DNA of 64,000 nt from Dimorphilus gyrociliatus (taxonomy: Eukaryota > Animalia > Annelida). The stretch's first letter is position 1. Each line of letters opens with the position of its first letter. Under the pieces are notes generated by a model. That model saw only the letters and a program-made list of their open reading frames with translations. It was not told the origin of the DNA and searched no databases. Positions 60,901-64,000 of the stretch are shown piece after piece. Location of the stretch: positions 1,426,001-1,490,000 of the forward strand of contig CAJFCJ010000012.1 of the NCBI GenBank assembly GCA_904063045.1, in the 5' to 3' direction. The translations under genes and the position numbers were made by a program.

Positions 60901-63900
60901 TGATATTTTAAAGAACGCTGTCCATGGAAGTTCCAACATAGATGAAGCTAATAAGGCTATTGAATTATTATTTGGTGAAATAGATGAAAGTCAGGGTAAG
61001 TTAACCTTTATATATACTTTTTAAATCAATTTTTGTTTGGCATTGGTTTGTTGGAATTGTTCTCTTACTATCTTTTCTTTAGCCATCAATTGTTCCTTTT
61101 TCTTTCAAGGTCAAATTTTTTCGATAAAATCAAAGGGGCATTTTATTTTCATATCTTTTCCCTTTATTTTTTCAACATTTCATATATCTTTTCAACTAAT
61201 CAATTCTTTCTTCTTTTATAAATCTTTACGCTTTCCTAACTGATATTAGAGCTGGATAATAATAAGATAGGATATCCTAATAGTGGAAGTCCTACAGTAG
61301 ACCATCTTAAAGATGGCGAAGAGTTAATTGGTTCGGATAACCAAATTGTAAAAAAAGAGGGAGGAAGCGAAGGAGAAGAAGAAAAAGAGGATGAAAAGAA
61401 CGAATATAATGAAGAACCCCAAAAGGATGGGGAAATGCAAAGAGTTGATAAGAGATCTAATGAGGAGCTTGAAAAAGACAAGCAATCAATTACAAGTAGG
61501 CCTAATAGTTCTCGGAGTAGAATATCTGTTAAGACATCAGGTACGAATGGTTCCAATCCACCCAGTATACGCAATAGTAGAACAAGTCTACGCAGCGTTA
61601 AGGAAGAAGATAAAATTTCCATAAAGAGTAGAACGAGTATACAAAGCGAACGAAAAGACAAATTAAAGAATGATGACAATCAATCAATTAAGAGTAGTTC
61701 AAGTAACAAAAGTAGAATTAGTCGTAAAAATGAGGATGGACGATCAATTAAGAGTCAGAAGAGTTTAAGTAGCCAACATTCAAGGGAAAGGATAACGAAA
61801 GTTGAAGAAGAAAAAGATCAAGATAGAAAATCAATAAGGAGTCATCGCAGTATTAAATCAAAGTTATCCGATAATTTAGATAATCAATCAATTAAGAGTC
61901 GAACTAGTTTAAAAAGCTCCGAATTTACAAGAAAAGGTATAAAATAAAGTAGAAGAAATGAGAATGTAAAATTTTTACACCTTAAAAATGTTGTATTAAA
62001 CTTATTCTTTATTGTCACCTTGGTAACGATAAAATAATCATACAACAGCACGAAAGCCCTTATTGTCATAGATAATTTAATATTGTTACATCTACACATA
62101 TATATTATACATTTAGAATTATGATTACTGTATTGTTGATATCTTTTTTTTAAGATTAGCATTTGCAATCTTCCCCCAATTTGTGTTTTTCTTAGTGAAA
62201 AAGCTATTAATTAGAGGTTAATTAGAGTACGAAACGGACAAGTTTAAACCTATCTTTGTTATTGCATGTTGGTCCTAGAGAAAAATAGTTTTTTTTATTA
62301 AAAAAAGAACTAAATATAGATTTCTTTTTTTAAAAAATACAACTTGCTAATCGATAGAAGATGAAACAATTGAAAAAATACAACCTGCTGAGGAACAAAA
62401 AAACAATGACGAGGATGTGGTAGATTTTAATTTGGGTACTGTACACGATGCCCTAGTTGTTGGGGAAGCAATTCTTCAAGCCACGGATGAAGGTGATAAA
62501 AGCGAGAACAAAGATGACGAGCAGTCGCAAAAAGATAGTAATGAAACTGAAAATGCTAAAAATGATCCAAACGAAGAGCAGGTAGAAGAAGAACAACAAC
62601 AAGACGAAGAAAATACGGATGACGCTGATAATCAAGATATGTCAAATTTAGATAGAGAGGAAGAGCGCGAAGAGACAGCTCAGACTATTACTGATGAAAA
62701 TCATGAAGATAATGTCTCAGATAATCGCGATGATATTCAGGAAACTAAACAAGAAGATAATGCAGATGATTATGAGAAAGATGGTTTTGATGAAAAAAGT
62801 GAACAAGAGGAAGCAGAGGAGAGTGTACGTCAAAATCAGGTAGAAAATCTAGAGCAGGTGGAGCAGAATCCAGAGTTAGAGCAAAATGAGGAAATAAAAC
62901 AGACAGATACTTTAAGCGTGCATAGTTCTTCTTCAAAGGAGGCCAAAGATAAGGATGAAAGCGATAAAGTATCAAATAAAAGTCAAAATGAACAAGATAA
63001 TGAAAGTCTTAAGCCGAATGAAAGTTATGATGAAAACGATAATGATAACGATAATGATAATGATAATGAAAACGAGAACGAGAATGAGATAGAGAATGAA
63101 AATGAAAATGAAAGTGAACATGAACATGAACAAGATGAACACAATGATGATCAAGACTATACAGACACATTAGGAGGTGATATAAAAACCACTCCCAGAT
63201 TCCTCCCCTATTTTTCTCCGAAGACGATTGCATTCCAGATTATCTCTATGTGCACTATAATTATATGTTAATTAGCTTGCATCATTAGCTTTTTAATCTA
63301 AAATTTTTTTACCCATAAAGCTATATTTTGCACATGATGTCATTTCTTATTCTTTAAAGTTAATTGAATGTTTATTTTTCAAGCTGAGGATGTTGCTGAA
63401 GAATCTAAAGAAGCCGAAGAAGACAAGCCTAAAGAGGATGATGAGGAAGCAGCAGCTGAAGAAGGAGAAAAGGCTGGCGAAGATGAGGCGGAAAATAATG
63501 CTGAAGAGGGTGAAGCGGAACAGCAAGAAGAGGCTGAAGCCGAACAAGAAGAAGAGAATGCAGAAGGTTTGTAAAATTTTGTTTCTCTCTTTTTTCCTTT
63601 AAAAGGTTTGTAGGCGAGGAATGTGAGGAATATTATTATCTATCGAATCACTCGGTCTGTCTATGTAAATATATTTCAATCATAAAATAATATGAACAGA
63701 AGAAAAGGGTGGTGAAACTGAAAAACCAAATGATGGTCAAGGTGATGAAGAGAAACAGGATGACAAAGCCGAAACCGCTGAAGACGAACAAAAGCCTGAG
63801 GAAGAAAATAAAGAAGAAGGAGGGAATGTTAGTCAAGAAGGGGAGCAAAAAACGAAAGCAGAAGAAAAAGAGGATGAGCAAGAAACTAAAGAGACAGGAG

Positions 63901-64000
63901 ATGAAGAGAAAAAAGAAGAAGAAACAAAGCAAGATGAAAATGCAGAGGAAAATGAGGAGGAAACAAAAGAAGACACTAAAGAAGAAACTAAAGAAGAAAC
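57904..64000 (+). CDS. NME8: Thioredoxin plus three NDP-kinase domains with a very long charged tail (NME8/NME9/TXNDC3-like, outer-arm dynein intermediate chain type), 3' partial
   Basis: Contains MARKKQEVALQ, VIDVYQEWCGPCKS and three NDK domains (IKPN..NALHGSDS; IRPD..NQIHGSDS; IKPD..NAVHGSS), then phase-1 exons 61250-61936, 62358-63176, 63384-63566 and 63700->64000. Confidence 0.9.
59519..59580. repeat. Imperfect (ATT)n trinucleotide repeat in an NME8-like intron
   Basis: Read directly. Confidence 0.75.

Noticed and set aside
1-64000. CRISPR arrays, rRNA, tRNA, transposase or reverse-transcriptase ORFs, operon-like prokaryotic systems
   Set aside because: None seen by eye. The sequence is intron-rich eukaryotic DNA, and many ORF-track starts (TTG/GTG) are artefacts of reading through introns. 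Small ncRNAs cannot be excluded without an Infernal or tRNAscan run.

Overview
AT-rich eukaryotic (metazoan) genomic DNA with a very compact layout: most introns are 45-70 nt and most intergenic gaps are under 300 bp. The gene content (dachshund, TULP4, Rab20, SNRNP48, C10orf67-like, Trx-3xNDK) suggests a non-insect, non-nematode invertebrate. A miniaturised lophotrochozoan genome such as the annelid Dimorphilus would fit, but this is inference only. I assembled 21 protein-coding genes by hand from splice sites and protein similarity recalled from memory: dac (5' partial), TMEM33, RARS1, SLC25A51, PINX1-like, RAB20, GGPS1, a secreted LRR protein, EIF5B, SLC39A11, C10orf67-like, an unknown gene nested antisense in its intron 3, PPP2R1A, POLR3K, a TSP1-Ig-Ig-TM receptor, a BTB protein, SNRNP48, TULP4, VIPAS39 and an NME8/TXNDC3-like gene (3' partial). 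I saw no rRNA, tRNA, CRISPR array or transposase. The strongest hidden signal is in SNRNP48 intron 4, which is about five times longer than its sibling introns. It holds an 8-nt frameshifting micro-exon followed by a U12-type 5' splice-site motif, matching the U11-snRNP enhancer (USSE) feedback switch of the minor spliceosome. Other leads are the nested antisense gene, a thioredoxin-less alternative first exon and modular charged tail in NME8, a GC-AG intron in dac, a stop-start-coupled uORF chain before TULP4, alternative last exons in PPP2R1A, and a dispersed ACAGTATATA palindromic motif.
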